The notes: generated from the sequence alone by a model not told the origin. A stretch of DNA of 64,000 bases from Gammaproteobacteria bacterium (GCA_965216305.1 OZ244144.1:3692429-3756428), one strand, 5' to 3'; counted from the first letter of the stretch, positions 29,350-40,459 are shown. Numbers and translations are program-made.

Positions 29350-30381
29350 TCACCGATCCGCCAGCGGCTTGCGCTGGCGGGCATGGAACGCCGCCGCCCG
29401 CTGGCGCGCGAGTGCGCGCATGTCAACCACCGGATCCCCTTCATCGACGATGTCCATTCCGATCAGCGTTTCAAGGACGTCCTCAAGACTCGCAATACCC
29501 ACGGTTACCTGATCGGGCCCGATGATCGCGGCAATTTTCTCGCGTTGTGCAATAAATGCATCGAGCGCTTCCGGCAGTGCAACGCTGGCATCAAAGCGTA
29601 ATATCGCACGCGCGATATCACCAACGCATCGCTCGCCGCCAATGTTCTCGAGCAGATCGTCGCGCATAACATAGCCCGTGATCCGTTCCGGGGTACCGGC
29701 GTAAATCGGAATCCGCGAAAACGGCAGCCGGCGCGCGAGTTCCTCGTCGATGGTTGCTGTGTGTTCCAGTGAACCGACGACACTGAGCGGCGTCATGACA
29801 TCCTGCAGTTCAACCTCGCGAAAGCGCAGCAGGTGTTTCAATAACACCGATTCGCGCCCTTCGATCGCCCCGTCGGCCGCGCCAATCTCGGCCATCGCGG
29901 CAATTTCCTCACGACTCATCTTCGGCGCTTCCCGCGCCTGTAACATGCCGGTGATCCGTCACGACAACCACACGAGTGGCAGCAGCGCGCGGACGAGTAA
30001 GGGCAACACGGCGACGGCAACGGGGGTCAGGCCGCGCCAGTACACGGCGCCAAGCGTTTTCGGAATGATCTCGCTGAACAACAATATGGCCAGCGTGAGC
30101 AATGCGGAGAACACACCGATCGAGGCGCTGCCGAATAGTCGCGCCGCTTCGGCGCCGGCGCCGGCCGCACCGACCGTGTGTGACACCGTATTCAGGCTCA
30201 GGATCGCGGCCAGCGGTCGCTCGATGTTGCCATGCAGTGTGGCCAGCGTGCGCCCGCGTCGCGGATGCGCCTGGCGGTAAACCGCCACGTACGCCGGGGT
30301 CAGACTTAACAGGACTGCTTCAAGGATAGAACAGATAAACGATACGCCGATCGCGAGCGCTATATAAATAATCAGGAGCAT
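29350..30381 (-). pseudogene. CNNM/DUF21-CBS (hemolysin/CorB-like) gene interrupted by an in-frame TGA at 29959-29961
   Basis: SFICSILEAVLLS, AAILSLNT..HT.GA, SEIIPKTLG, then LS*RITG in frame into SREE...FSRIPIY..LEDVLETLIG..IVDE. Confidence 0.8.
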
Positions 30382-30728
30382 TGTGGGCCATGGCTGCCGA
30401 GTGTGTCGTCGCGCTCCAGTGTACCCCGGCGCCGGGAACAATCGGGCCCTGGCCGTGAACCGCACGCAATCGGCGCCCGGCGGAACGGTTGTACGGTTTG
30501 CGGTTCGGCATCGCACCGCCGTCGTTGACGCTTATCGCCACGACGGCTTGTCGCCGCAGCGCGATCGTGGTGCGCGTCGTTAACGCCGTCGCAGCGTGCA
30601 CGAGATAGCGCAATGCGGATCGGGCCCGCATTGTCCTCGTGCGGATCGGTGGCGGCGCGCGAGCCAGCGCGGCATCGCGCGGTGCCGTCGGTCGCGGCCC
30701 GGGTCGCCCCGGAGGGGGATGCGGACGC

Positions 30729-31043
30729 TCAGGTGTCGCGACCGTAGTCGCGGTAAATTTCGCCAACCTGGATCCGGAACGAACTGTACCAGCGCGTATT
30801 GTTGCGCTGTGCGGCGAGGTGCGATTCGTCCGCTTTCCAGCGCTGGATGCTCGCGACATCTGGCCAGAACGAGAGCGCAATTTCCTCGCCCTCGGGGGTC
30901 GTCGCATAAACGAATTCCTCGCAACCGTATTCGGCGAGCGCCCGATCCCGTAACGCCATCGCGGTGGGCAGGTAATCGTCGCCAATGTCGGGACGGTGAC
31001 GGGCGCGGAAGATCACAACGTGTGATGAGCTTGTCGACGTCAT
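30729..31043 (-). CDS. Antibiotic biosynthesis monooxygenase (ABM) family protein
   Basis: VVIFRA, IALSFW...I..WK....H..AQ...WY..F.I.V; AGGAG RBS. Confidence 0.85.
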   Translation of the reverse strand: MTSTSSSHVVIFRARHRPDIGDDYLPTAMALRDRALAEYGCEEFVYATTPEGEEIALSFWPDVASIQRWKADESHLAAQRNNTRWYSSFRIQVGEIYRDYGRDT

Positions 31044-31080
31044 GTTTGCACTCTCCTTGAAAGGTTCAGCGTAAGCGAGA

Positions 31081-31243
31081 CTAAAACCGTGCTTCAAATC
31101 ATGAAACACCCACCTTGATGGACCCGGTACCGTTCCCCTCCCAAGTTAATAGATATGGGAGGGGAAGGGACAGGGATGGGGTGTAGAGAGCGATCCCGGT
31201 CCCGAAGTCGTCGGATCTCAAGTTTGTGCACACCTGTTTAGCG
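31081..31243 (+). repeat. Structured dispersed repeat of about 163 bp, copy 1 (MITE- or ncRNA-like)
   Basis: Aligns without gaps to the reverse complement of 50122-50284 (about 15 mismatches by manual count); internal TTCCCCTCCCA-N12-TGGGAGGGGAA hairpin. Confidence 0.9.
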
Positions 31244-31580
31244 GAAACCGCGCTGCGCAGCGAATACCTGCGAGGTAATGCGCTGCCCGGGACTTCCCTG
31301 CACCACTGGCTGTCGCGAGCGCGGGACCGGTAGCAATACCCGGCCGCACGATCGTGTTCAACCAGGACCGAGATGATCTGCAAGGTTGCGCGCAACGCGT
31401 AAACCGAGCGCAAGGAAACAGCCTCGAATGGGGTTACCGCGCGAGGCACCGCTCCTTGAACAGCGACAAGCCGCCACCGTGACGGGTAGCACACAGCCGG
31501 CGTTCAGCAGCGGTAATCGACATCCGGAATTGCGCCCTCAATCGTCCTTCAGCAAATGGCTTGACAGTTCCGGCAATGTC

Positions 31581-31620
31581 GATATTATTAATGCGAATCG
31601 TTCTCATTCTCATTATTATC
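31581..31620 (+). promoter_or_regulatory. Fur box
   Basis: AATGCGAATCGTTCTCATT near-palindrome with overlapping CATTATTATC, directly upstream of exbB-exbD-exbD-tonB-receptor. Confidence 0.85.
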
Positions 31621-31630
31621 AATATTCACA

Positions 31631-32293
31631 ATGCTTATCGACGCCATCGAGTTACTCGTTATCGGCGGACCCGTGGTATTCATCCTCGGCCTGTTCTCCA
31701 TCGTCGCCCTCACCGTTATCGTCGCCAAGTGCTGGCAGTGGTGGCAGCTGCGTCCCGCGCGTGCGGGCACGGTAAGCGCCGCGCTCGAGCATCTCGAACA
31801 CGGCGAACGCCCGCGCGCCCTGTTGCTCGTGAATGGGCAGGCCAATCCGCGCGCACATTTGCTCGCGCGGACCCTGCGCCTGCTCGACGAAAACGAACTC
31901 GACAACGAAGCGCTGCGCGAGGAAACGCTGCGCGGCGCACGCGCGGCGGTCGCTGATCTCGCCAGCCACCTGCGGATCCTCGAAATCATCGCGAGCCTTG
32001 CCCCCTTGCTCGGTTTGTTCGGCACGGTGCTGGGCATGATCGAAGCGTTCCAGGCGATGGAATCCGCCGGCAATGCAGTCAATCCTGCGGTGCTGTCCGG
32101 CGGTATCTGGAAAGCCTTGCTCACCACCGCCGCCGGCCTCGCCGTCGCCATTCCGGTGGCGCTCGCGCATGGCTGGTTCGAGCGCCGGGTGGAAGTTGTG
32201 GCCGCGCTGCTGCGCGATGATCTCGATCGCGTGTTCACCTCGCTCGCGCGCGCGCCGCGGACCGGCGCCCTGGCACAGGCACAACCGGCATGA
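31631..32293 (+). CDS. exbB: MotA/TolQ/ExbB proton channel protein
   Basis: APLLGLFGTVLGMI.AF, LSGGIWKALLTTAAGL.VAIP. Confidence 0.92.
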   Translation: MLIDAIELLVIGGPVVFILGLFSIVALTVIVAKCWQWWQLRPARAGTVSAALEHLEHGERPRALLLVNGQANPRAHLLARTLRLLDENELDNEALREETLRGARAAVADLASHLRILEIIASLAPLLGLFGTVLGMIEAFQAMESAGNAVNPAVLSGGIWKALLTTAAGLAVAIPVALAHGWFERRVEVVAALLRDDLDRVFTSLARAPRTGALAQAQPA

Positions 32294-32730
32294 GCCCGGC
32301 AGTCACCCACGATAATGTGCTTGCTTTCGTCGCCCGCCGTCGCGGCGTCAGCATTACGGCACTGATCGACGTCGTCTTTATCCTGCTCCTGTTTTTCATG
32401 TTGAGTTCGAGTTTCGTACGCTGGAACACGGTGGCACTCGAAACACCGAAGCCATCCGCGGCGCCGTCAACCGCGACAAACCCGCCACTGCAACTGATCC
32501 TCGACGCGGACGGTCGTGTTCACAGTGCCGATAACGCGATCGACCCTGGAAATTTCGCAACGCTCGATGCGACGGCACTCGACGGTGATCGCGACGTGAT
32601 CGTGCGACCGCGGCCGGATGTCCGGCTTGCCACCATCGTCACGGCAAGCGAAGCCTTGCTCCGCTCCGGGGCGCGCAAGGTTTCACTTGGCACGCTGGCC
32701 GTCGCGCCAGTAGCGCCGCAGGTCGAATGA
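32290..32730 (+). CDS. exbD: Biopolymer transport protein ExbD
   Basis: ITALIDVVFILLLFFM. Confidence 0.9.
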   Translation: MSPAVTHDNVLAFVARRRGVSITALIDVVFILLLFFMLSSSFVRWNTVALETPKPSAAPSTATNPPLQLILDADGRVHSADNAIDPGNFATLDATALDGDRDVIVRPRPDVRLATIVTASEALLRSGARKVSLGTLAVAPVAPQVE

Positions 32731-33137
32731 TGCACAGCGATCCGCATGCGGCGCCACGTCCGCGCAAAAGCATCGATGACCAGCTCGTGCCACTGATCAA
32801 TATCGTCTTCCTGTTGCTGATCTTCTTCATGGTCGCGGGACAAATTACCCAACGCGACCAGCGGGTTGAACCACCGCAGTCGCTGAGCCGTAAACCGGCG
32901 CCGGAAACTCCGGCATTGCTCGTCCTCGGGCGCGACGGCATGTTGCGCATCAACGGACGTGCAATCGCGGCACCCGATCTGATGCCGGCGCTGGCCACCT
33001 ATGCCGACGACACCGACATCACACTGGCCGCGGATCGCGAGGTATTGGCAGCCGATCTTGCCCCGATTCTGAGCGCGCTCGGCGGCGCCGGCTTCGACAC
33101 CGTCACCCTGTACGCCCGTCAGCGGGAACAACCCTGA
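32727..33137 (+). CDS. exbD: Biopolymer transport protein ExbD (second copy; TM Asp replaced by Asn)
   Basis: LVPLINIVFLLLIFFM; AAD motif. Confidence 0.88.
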   Translation: MMHSDPHAAPRPRKSIDDQLVPLINIVFLLLIFFMVAGQITQRDQRVEPPQSLSRKPAPETPALLVLGRDGMLRINGRAIAAPDLMPALATYADDTDITLAADREVLAADLAPILSALGGAGFDTVTLYARQREQP

Positions 33138-34109
33138 ATGGCCCGCCTGAACTGGGGCGCCGCGTTCGCCGTCGCCGTCGGCCTGCACGCCGCGATCGCG
33201 TTCGGCTTCCTGTACCAGCCGCCGATGCCGCCGCTTGCCAGTCATGGATTCGGTGACGGCGGTGTCGTCCTTGGTCTCGCCGCGAACGACGGGCCCGCGG
33301 TGACCGGTATGGCAGCTGCAGCAGCGAACTCACCCGCAACCGAACCGGTCGCCGCCGAGCCAGCAGACCCACCAACCGCGGTGCCAACACCGACGCCGCT
33401 GCCTGCGCCCACGGTGACTGAGAAAACCGCGCCGCCCGAAGCGTCGCCACCGCCGCCGGTGCCGACGCCGACTCCGGCCCCCGTAGCGAAATCCGTCCCA
33501 GTGCCTGAACCCGCGCCCGCGGTACTCGACCCGGCGCCGGAAATGCCGGCAGCGGTCGTCACGGCAGCAACACCGCGCCCTGAACCCGATCCCGTGCCAG
33601 TGCCAGCGCCAAACCAGGCGCCGGAGGCAATGCCGCCGGCGACACCGACTCCGGCAGCGACCACCACAACGGCCACTGGTCCTGAAAATGCAGAATCGCA
33701 AGCAAGCGCGCCGCGCCGCCAGTCCGCATCGACCGACGCGGCGGGATCCGCGGACGGTACGGCGTCAGCCCGCGGTGCGAGCGGCTCCGGCCGCACGGGT
33801 CGCGGTGATCCGCGGGCGGCGCGCGACTATTTCCGCGAACTGATGGCGTGGCTCGCGCGCCACAAGGCCTATCCGGTCGCGGCAAAGAAGGCGAAACACC
33901 AGGGTGTTGTCACGCTCGAGTTCGCGATCGAACGCTCGGGAAGCGTGCTTTTTGCGCGCGTTAAAACCGGTTCCGGCTACGCCGCGCTCGATCAGGCCGC
34001 GCTGGACATGGTTGCGCGTGCAAACCCGGTCCCCGCGATCCCGGACGCGCTCGCTCGCGATCGGCTCAGTCTCGCGATTCCCATCGAATTTTCCCTCATC
34101 ACCAAGTAA
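33138..34109 (+). CDS. tonB: Energy transducer TonB
   Basis: N-terminal TM with His (VGLHA), Pro-rich linker, C-terminal YP..A..QG.V.L.F.I..SG...LDQAAL. Confidence 0.92.
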   Translation: MARLNWGAAFAVAVGLHAAIAFGFLYQPPMPPLASHGFGDGGVVLGLAANDGPAVTGMAAAAANSPATEPVAAEPADPPTAVPTPTPLPAPTVTEKTAPPEASPPPPVPTPTPAPVAKSVPVPEPAPAVLDPAPEMPAAVVTAATPRPEPDPVPVPAPNQAPEAMPPATPTPAATTTTATGPENAESQASAPRRQSASTDAAGSADGTASARGASGSGRTGRGDPRAARDYFRELMAWLARHKAYPVAAKKAKHQGVVTLEFAIERSGSVLFARVKTGSGYAALDQAALDMVARANPVPAIPDALARDRLSLAIPIEFSLITK

Positions 34110-34133
34110 GCAAACCGGAGTATCAACACCATC

Positions 34134-36485
34134 ATGTGCAGTAACCAGTCCAGGGCTGTCAGCCGTCCAGTCAGCCTGCGTCACCCGTCCCGCGCGGACA
34201 GCGCGCACCCCGCCCGCAACGCGCTCGCGCTCGGCATTTCAGCCGCACTGGCAAGCAGCGGCGCTGCCCACGCCCAGGAGGCCGAGACGATCGAGCTCGA
34301 TACCCTGCAGGTTGAAGAGCGCACGATCGACACTAACCCGTATGCGGAACCGGGTGCGCCGTACAAGGCGCGCGTCTCTGGCGACCCGCGTCACGTCAAG
34401 GAACTCGCGGAAACACCGCAGACGATCACGGTGCTCACGCAAACGCAGATCCAGGAGTCGGGGCGTTCCGATCTGCGTTCTATCGTGCAGGCACAGCCGG
34501 GTATCACACTCGGCACCGGCGAGAACGGCAATGCATTCGGCGATCGCTACGTGATCCGTGGTCACGAGGCGCGCAGCGATGTGTTTGTCGATGGCTTGCG
34601 CGATCCGGGCATGACGACGCGCGAGAGTTTCGCCGTCGAGCAGATCGAAATCACCAAGGGCCCGAGTTCCACGTTTGCCGGGCGCGGCTCCACCGGCGGG
34701 GCGATCAACAGCGTGACGAAACAGGCGAGCACGGAATACGACTTCACCCGCGTCCAGGGTGGCGGCGGCACGGACGACTACCATCGCTTCAGCGTCGACA
34801 GTAACCAGAGACTTTCGGACGAGTTCGCCGCACGCGTGAACCTGCTGTACAAGTTCGAGGACGTTCCCGATCGCAACCCCGCCGATCGCAAGCGCTGGGG
34901 CGCAGCCGTGTCCGGGCTGTACGAACTGAGCGACCAACTCGAAGTCGTGGCGGACTACTATTACCTGAACGCGAAGGACGATCCCGATCTCGGTACCTAT
35001 ATCGTGCCAAACGGTGGCAGCCCGGTGGGCAGCATCCCGGTCTACACGCAGGACGAGGATTTTCTCAATACGGAAGTGCATACCGGTACGTTCCGCATTC
35101 GCTACGAAGCAAACGACTGGCTGAACATCCACAACGCCACGCGCTATGGCACCACGGACAACGGCTATGTCGTTACCGGCGCCCGCGGGACGACACGCGC
35201 GCCGAGCGATCCGTTCGCGCCGAATGTGCCCACCGTATCGCTGAGCACGCATCAGGGCTGGCAGGAAGTCGATTACATCGTCAACCAGACAAACCTGTTC
35301 GCCGATTTCAGGTTTCTCAACATGGACCATCAGGCCCTGTTCAGTATCGAGTACTCCGATCTCGAGGTGACGAACGGCGTCTATAACGTCACGAACAACG
35401 GCACGACGAACTGTGTAACCGCAGGTCGCGGGGGCGCGTCGCCAGGGTTCTGCCTGCTTGATGCCCGGGGTAACACGGTCTCCCAGGTAGACGATTTGTT
35501 GCAGCGGCAAGTCCAGCGCGGTCCGGTCGATGCCGATTACGACATCGAAACGATCTCGGTCGCGTTGATGGATACCATCGACATCACAGACCAGTGGTCG
35601 CTGTTTCTCGGCGTACGCCTCGACAGCTTCGACTACCGTAACGACATCGTCTCCCGCGGCGTCCCGGCCAGCTTCTCCTACTCCGACGAGCTGTGGAACG
35701 GACATGCCGGCATCGTCTACCAGTTCATACCGTCCGCGAACGTCTATTTCACCTGGAGTACGTCCGCCAACATCAATGGCGGCGAATCCGACGTCGGTGG
35801 TAGCTGCGGCTATGGCGGTTTGTGCGGCGACACCACACAGGTGCCGGCGAGCGACCCGGAAATGACGACGAACCTCGAGCTCGGCACAAAGTGGAACCTG
35901 CTCGGCGGCAAGCTGCTGGCAACGGCTGCGCTGTTCCAAATCACGAAAGACGACGTGATGGAAAGCGTCGGTGATGATTACGCAACGCTCGGTACGCTGA
36001 ACACCGGCGAAAACCGGGTGCGCGGATTCGAGTTCTCGCTCGTCGGCAATATCACGCGCGAACTGAGCACGCAGTTTGGTCTCGCGATCATGGAATCGGA
36101 AGTGCGCGATTCATTCGATCGCGACACGATCGGACTGCGACTCAGCAATTTCGCGAACGACAGCCTGTTCTGGCAGTTGCGTTATCAACTCACCCCGCAA
36201 ATCGCGTTCGGCACTACCGTGTCGTACTCGAGCGAGATGTATACCGGGCAACCGGACGCCGCCGCGGGCTTCGACACCACCACGAACAATTATTCCTACG
36301 AAGTTCCCGACTACACGGTACTCGATCTGTTCGCGACCTGGGATCTCACGGAGAAGGCGCAAGTGCGCGTGAACGTGGGCAATATCACCGACGAGGATTA
36401 CTACCTCGCCGGCTACCGCAGTGGTGCGTTCACCTACATTGGTGATGCGCGCAATGCGCGGGTTACGTTGACGTACTCGTTCTGA
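34134..36485 (+). CDS. TonB-dependent siderophore receptor (Fiu/PiuA-like)
   Basis: TonB box LDTLQVE, ETPQTITV, GENGNAFGDRY.IRG, VEQIEITKGP, NITDEDYY, C-terminal Phe. Confidence 0.93.
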   Translation: MCSNQSRAVSRPVSLRHPSRADSAHPARNALALGISAALASSGAAHAQEAETIELDTLQVEERTIDTNPYAEPGAPYKARVSGDPRHVKELAETPQTITVLTQTQIQESGRSDLRSIVQAQPGITLGTGENGNAFGDRYVIRGHEARSDVFVDGLRDPGMTTRESFAVEQIEITKGPSSTFAGRGSTGGAINSVTKQASTEYDFTRVQGGGGTDDYHRFSVDSNQRLSDEFAARVNLLYKFEDVPDRNPADRKRWGAAVSGLYELSDQLEVVADYYYLNAKDDPDLGTYIVPNGGSPVGSIPVYTQDEDFLNTEVHTGTFRIRYEANDWLNIHNATRYGTTDNGYVVTGARGTTRAPSDPFAPNVPTVSLSTHQGWQEVDYIVNQTNLFADFRFLNMDHQALFSIEYSDLEVTNGVYNVTNNGTTNCVTAGRGGASPGFCLLDARGNTVSQVDDLLQRQVQRGPVDADYDIETISVALMDTIDITDQWSLFLGVRLDSFDYRNDIVSRGVPASFSYSDELWNGHAGIVYQFIPSANVYFTWSTSANINGGESDVGGSCGYGGLCGDTTQVPASDPEMTTNLELGTKWNLLGGKLLATAALFQITKDDVMESVGDDYATLGTLNTGENRVRGFEFSLVGNITRELSTQFGLAIMESEVRDSFDRDTIGLRLSNFANDSLFWQLRYQLTPQIAFGTTVSYSSEMYTGQPDAAAGFDTTTNNYSYEVPDYTVLDLFATWDLTEKAQVRVNVGNITDEDYYLAGYRSGAFTYIGDARNARVTLTYSF

Positions 36486-36497
36486 TCACCGCGGCCG

Positions 36498-36521
36498 TGC
36501 GGGGCTTGCACCAGCCCCGCA
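36498..36521 (+). terminator. Intercistronic hairpin after the receptor gene
   Basis: TGCGGGGCT-TGCACC-AGCCCCGCA; no U-tract, so may be an mRNA stabiliser. Confidence 0.5.
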
Positions 36522-36540
36522 TTGCCGCGACGATCGATAC

Positions 36541-37683
36541 GTGAACAAGCCCTCATCCATTAAACCGAAACTCGATCGCATTCCGCCTGCCGTGCTCACG
36601 GCGGCGGATTACGCTCGCCTCGCCGTCGAGCACGTCCCCGAAGCGATCCGCGCCTACATCGATGGCGGCAGCGGCGATGAACGCACGCTCGCGGCAAACG
36701 TCGCCGCGTTCGCCGCGCGCCCCGTGGTCAACCGGGTATTGCGCGACCTCGCGGCCGGTAATACCGCAACCCGCGTGCTCGATACCCCACTCGCCCATCC
36801 CGTCATGCTGGCGCCGGTTGCACATCATGGCCTCGTTCACCCCGATGCCGAATGCGCTACCGCGGCGGGTGCGGCGGCGGCCGATGCGCTCATGGTCGTC
36901 AGTACCCTCGCTTCACGCTCGCTCGAAGCGGTCGCCGCGGCCGGCGACGGCCCGAAATGGTTTCAACTGTATTGGCAGGACACTCGCGCACGCACGCTCG
37001 AACTCGCCGAACGCGCCGCGCGCGCCGGTTACGGTGCCATCGTATTCACTGCTGACGCGCCCGTTGCACCGGTGCCCGAGCGCGCGCTGCGCGCCGGCTT
37101 CGCGCTGCCACCGGACCTCACGCCCGCAAACCTGCCGGCCACCCCGGCGCCGCCACGCACTCTGGCACCGGGTGCGAGTGTCGTGTTTCAGGGCTTCATG
37201 GCTGATGCGCCGCGCTGGGACGATGTTGCCTGGCTGGCGGCACGCTCGCCGCTGCCGGTGCTGCTCAAGGGCGTGTTGCATGCGGACGATGCGCTCCACG
37301 CGCTCGATGCCGGCCTCGCGGGCGTTATCGTCTCGAACCACGGCGGCCGCACCCTCGATGGCCTGCCGGCGAGTCTCGACTGCCTTGCCGCCGTGCGCGC
37401 CGCGGTGGGCCCTACCGCAACGGTGTTGCTGGACGGCGGCATCCGTCGTGGCAATGACGTGTTGATCGCGCTCGCGCTCGGCGCCGACGCGGTGCTGCTT
37501 GGACGTCCCCAATTACATGCACTCGCGGTGGCCGGCGCACTCGGTGTCGCCCACCTCGTGCGGCTGCTCCGCGAACAACTCGAACTCGCGATGGCGCTGG
37601 CCGGCTGCGCCCGGATTGCCGACATCGGTCCCCGGGTTCTGTTCGACCCGTGCAATATCGACGCGGTGACAAAGCCGTGCTGA
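36541..37683 (+). CDS. FMN-dependent alpha-hydroxy-acid oxidase/dehydrogenase
   Basis: LAPVA, WFQLY, LKGV, IVSNHGGRTLD, DGGIRRG.DV..ALALGA. Confidence 0.93.
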   Translation: MNKPSSIKPKLDRIPPAVLTAADYARLAVEHVPEAIRAYIDGGSGDERTLAANVAAFAARPVVNRVLRDLAAGNTATRVLDTPLAHPVMLAPVAHHGLVHPDAECATAAGAAAADALMVVSTLASRSLEAVAAAGDGPKWFQLYWQDTRARTLELAERAARAGYGAIVFTADAPVAPVPERALRAGFALPPDLTPANLPATPAPPRTLAPGASVVFQGFMADAPRWDDVAWLAARSPLPVLLKGVLHADDALHALDAGLAGVIVSNHGGRTLDGLPASLDCLAAVRAAVGPTATVLLDGGIRRGNDVLIALALGADAVLLGRPQLHALAVAGALGVAHLVRLLREQLELAMALAGCARIADIGPRVLFDPCNIDAVTKPC

Positions 37684-38363
37684 GTGTTATCGAGTCAGTC
37701 CTGAGCCCGGCCGAAGCGGCCGATTTCTGTCGCGAACTGGCGGCGGCGACGTGGCTGGATGGCGGCGCCACCGCCGGCGATCTCGCCGCCCGGATCAAAT
37801 CGAATGAGCAGATCGACGATCGCGACCCTGTTGCGCGCCGACTCAGTGACACGATCGTGCAGCGCCTCGCTCGACATGCCTTGTTCACCTCAGCCGCGTT
37901 GCCACGGCGGATCTTTCCGCCGAAATTCAACCGCTATCGCGACGGCGGCCACTACGGTACCCACGTCGACAACGCGATCATGCATCATCCCGACGACGGC
38001 ACGCTGATCCGCACGGACCTGTCCGCAACCCTGTTTCTCAGTGACCCGGTTGATTACGACGGCGGCGAACTCGTCATCGAGGCCGACTACGGCGCCCAGG
38101 CGATCCGCCTCGCCGCCGGCGATCTCGTGCTCTACCCGTCGACGAGCCTGCATCAGGTTGCAGCCGTCACCCACGGTGCCCGTATCGCGGCTTTTTTCTG
38201 GATCACGAGCCTCGTACCCGACGCCACTCACCGCGCGATGCTGTTCGATCTCGATCAGAGTATTCAGGCGCTAAGCGCGCACGAGGCGGCGTCGGTCGCC
38301 GCCGAGGTAGCGCGACTGACGGCGCTGTATCACAACCTCGTGCGGCAATGGAGCGAAGTCTGA
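37677..38363 (+). CDS. piuC: PKHD-type Fe(II)/2OG dioxygenase (PiuC/YbiX)
   Basis: [53 protein letters not shown]. Confidence 0.93.
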   Translation: MLSVIESVLSPAEAADFCRELAAATWLDGGATAGDLAARIKSNEQIDDRDPVARRLSDTIVQRLARHALFTSAALPRRIFPPKFNRYRDGGHYGTHVDNAIMHHPDDGTLIRTDLSATLFLSDPVDYDGGELVIEADYGAQAIRLAAGDLVLYPSTSLHQVAAVTHGARIAAFFWITSLVPDATHRAMLFDLDQSIQALSAHEAASVAAEVARLTALYHNLVRQWSEV

Positions 38364-38763
38364 TCCCGCCCGCGCTGCCGCTACCGTAACGGCTCAGCTC
38401 ACCGCACCGCATCTCTTCACCGCCGCTGGCAGCACAAACCCGGGTCGCCAGCCGCCGCAGCCGGCGTCAGTTTTTTGCTCCACCCTGGTCTGCCCAGGTG
38501 CGTCGCGCCCCGACGATGTTCGTGCCGCTGTACCCGGAGTCCATTTCCATGCGCCGCCGCGCGAGGTATCCCCGTTCGGGGGGCCACGGCGCCCCGCCCT
38601 TTGCGCGATCACGATGACCAGCATTGCGGCGCCGGTGCGCAGGCGCCCACGGTCGCGAGGTATCCGCGCGGCGGCCCGTCGCATCAATGGCTTTTCAGTA
38701 ATAATTTACAAAGTAAACTATTTCAACTATATCTATGTTGTCTCCATAACCGGTAACCCTTCG

Positions 38764-40017
38764 ATGACCACGCCGCAAACCATCATTCCGGACAACGAAG
38801 CCGAGCTGCTCGTCGCCGCACTGCCAGACCCCGCGACAATCGCGAACCCCTACCCGGTTTATGAACGTCTGCGCGACGCCACACCGATCTATGGCTATCG
38901 CGATTATTCACCCGGCACCGTGCCCGGCCAGGACGAAGCGGTTTGCGCCTGGGTGTTGATGAAATATGCCGACGTCGCGGCCGCCGCCCGCGATCACGCG
39001 ACGTTTTCGTCGCGCGATCCCTTGCAGGAGCAATCGTCGGCACCGACGCTCATGCTCGTGAATCACGACAACCCGGAACACAATCGCTTGCGCGCGCTCG
39101 TGAACGTGGCGTTCTCGCGCAAGGAAATCGAATTGATCAAACCGTGGATCGCCGCTCGCATCGCGGAGATGTTCGAGGCGATTGGCGAGGGTGATCTTGA
39201 AGTGGTCTCCGGCCTCACGTCCGTAATCCCGGCGCGCGTGATGATGCGTCTGCTCGGCTGTCCGGACGAGGACGCCGCGCAGTGCCGCGGCTGGGCAACA
39301 GCGTTCATGCTGTCAGCGGATCTCAGCCCCGCAGAACGCGAGGCGAGCAATGCCTCGATGGTGGCGTATTTCACGCAGACAGTGAGCGAACTCGCGCGCG
39401 ATCTCGCCGCGGGCAAGCCGGCGCCAGCGGGTCTCATTGCCGCCTTGCTTACCGCCGAGGTCGATGGCGAAACGCTGACCCTCGAGGAAGTGATCCGTTT
39501 CTGCCTCACGCTCATCGTCGCCGGGGCCGAAACCACGACATTCCTGCTGACGAATTTGCTCTATAACCTCGCGACGATGCCGGACGTAACAGCCCGCTTG
39601 CGCCGCGAACCGCAACTCGTCAGCGCATTTATCGAGGAAAGCCTGCGCCATACGGGGCCGCCCCAGCGCCTGTTCCGGATCGCCACGCGCGACACGGAAA
39701 TCGGCGGACGACAGATCCGCAAAGGTGATTGGGTGGCCTTGTTCTTCGGCGCGGCGAACCACGACCCCGCGGTGTTCCCGCAGCCCGGGACGTTCAATCT
39801 GGAGCGCAAAAACCTGCGCCAGCATGTGAGTATGGGTATGGGGATCCATCACTGCCTCGGGGTTGCGGTCGCGAAATCGGAAGCCGCGGCACTCGTCGAA
39901 GTCGTCCTCGAGCACTTTCCAAAGCTCGAACTCGGCGCCGCCGTTCCCGTGCCGCAGACCGCGAGTCTGCTCACGCACAGCTTTGCAGCGCTGACGATTA
40001 ATTTTCGCCGCGGCTGA
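38764..40017 (+). CDS. Cytochrome P450
   Basis: D.PEH.RLR, I-helix [28 protein letters not shown] haem Cys. Confidence 0.95.
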   Translation: MTTPQTIIPDNEAELLVAALPDPATIANPYPVYERLRDATPIYGYRDYSPGTVPGQDEAVCAWVLMKYADVAAAARDHATFSSRDPLQEQSSAPTLMLVNHDNPEHNRLRALVNVAFSRKEIELIKPWIAARIAEMFEAIGEGDLEVVSGLTSVIPARVMMRLLGCPDEDAAQCRGWATAFMLSADLSPAEREASNASMVAYFTQTVSELARDLAAGKPAPAGLIAALLTAEVDGETLTLEEVIRFCLTLIVAGAETTTFLLTNLLYNLATMPDVTARLRREPQLVSAFIEESLRHTGPPQRLFRIATRDTEIGGRQIRKGDWVALFFGAANHDPAVFPQPGTFNLERKNLRQHVSMGMGIHHCLGVAVAKSEAAALVEVVLEHFPKLELGAAVPVPQTASLLTHSFAALTINFRRG

Positions 40018-40060
40018 TCAGCGCCCGGCACCGGAAAACACGACGACTGAGGACCGAGCC

Positions 40061-40459
40061 ATGACCACGACCGCGAATCTTGCCACCACCGAAAAACTGT
40101 TCACCGCCTTCGGCAGCCATGACATTCCCGCAATCATCGACTTGTTGCACGACGACATCGTGATCGAATTCTATGGCCCCGACGTCATTCCTTACGCGGG
40201 CACGTATCACGGCAAGACCGAAGCCCGGAAGTTCTTCGAAACCGTACTGTCGTCGATCGATATCAACCAGTTCGATCCCGAAGAGATGCTCGCCGTCGAC
40301 GACAAGGTGATCGTCCCGGGCCATCTGAACCTGACGACGAAATCGGGCGGTCGCGTGATCGACTCCGATTTCGTGCACGTGATCACCTTGAAGGACGGCA
40401 AGTGGATCCGCTTTCGCGACTTCATGAATACAGCCGTCGCGGTGCAGGCCTTCTCCTGA
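40061..40459 (+). CDS. SnoaL/NTF2-like protein
   Basis: F..DI..I..LL.DD...PYAG.Y.G...FF; HV.T..DGK...FRDF. Confidence 0.88.
   Translation: MTTTANLATTEKLFTAFGSHDIPAIIDLLHDDIVIEFYGPDVIPYAGTYHGKTEARKFFETVLSSIDINQFDPEEMLAVDDKVIVPGHLNLTTKSGGRVIDSDFVHVITLKDGKWIRFRDFMNTAVAVQAFS

Noticed and set aside
29959-29961. Second in-frame TGA as selenocysteine
   Set aside because: It falls at the end of a membrane helix, not in a Cys/redox motif, and no clear SECIS follows
31081-31243. Repeat as a CRISPR array, tRNA or group II intron domain V
   Set aside because: No spacer array, no cloverleaf and no domain V consensus
31099-31494. ORFs 31099-31494 and 50027-50266 sharing the peptide LRSDDFGTGI.LYTP
   Set aside because: The similarity is confined to the non-coding ~163-bp repeat and the N-termini are unrelated
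33330-33700. Pro/Ala/Thr low-complexity repeats
   Set aside because: Normal TonB periplasmic linker
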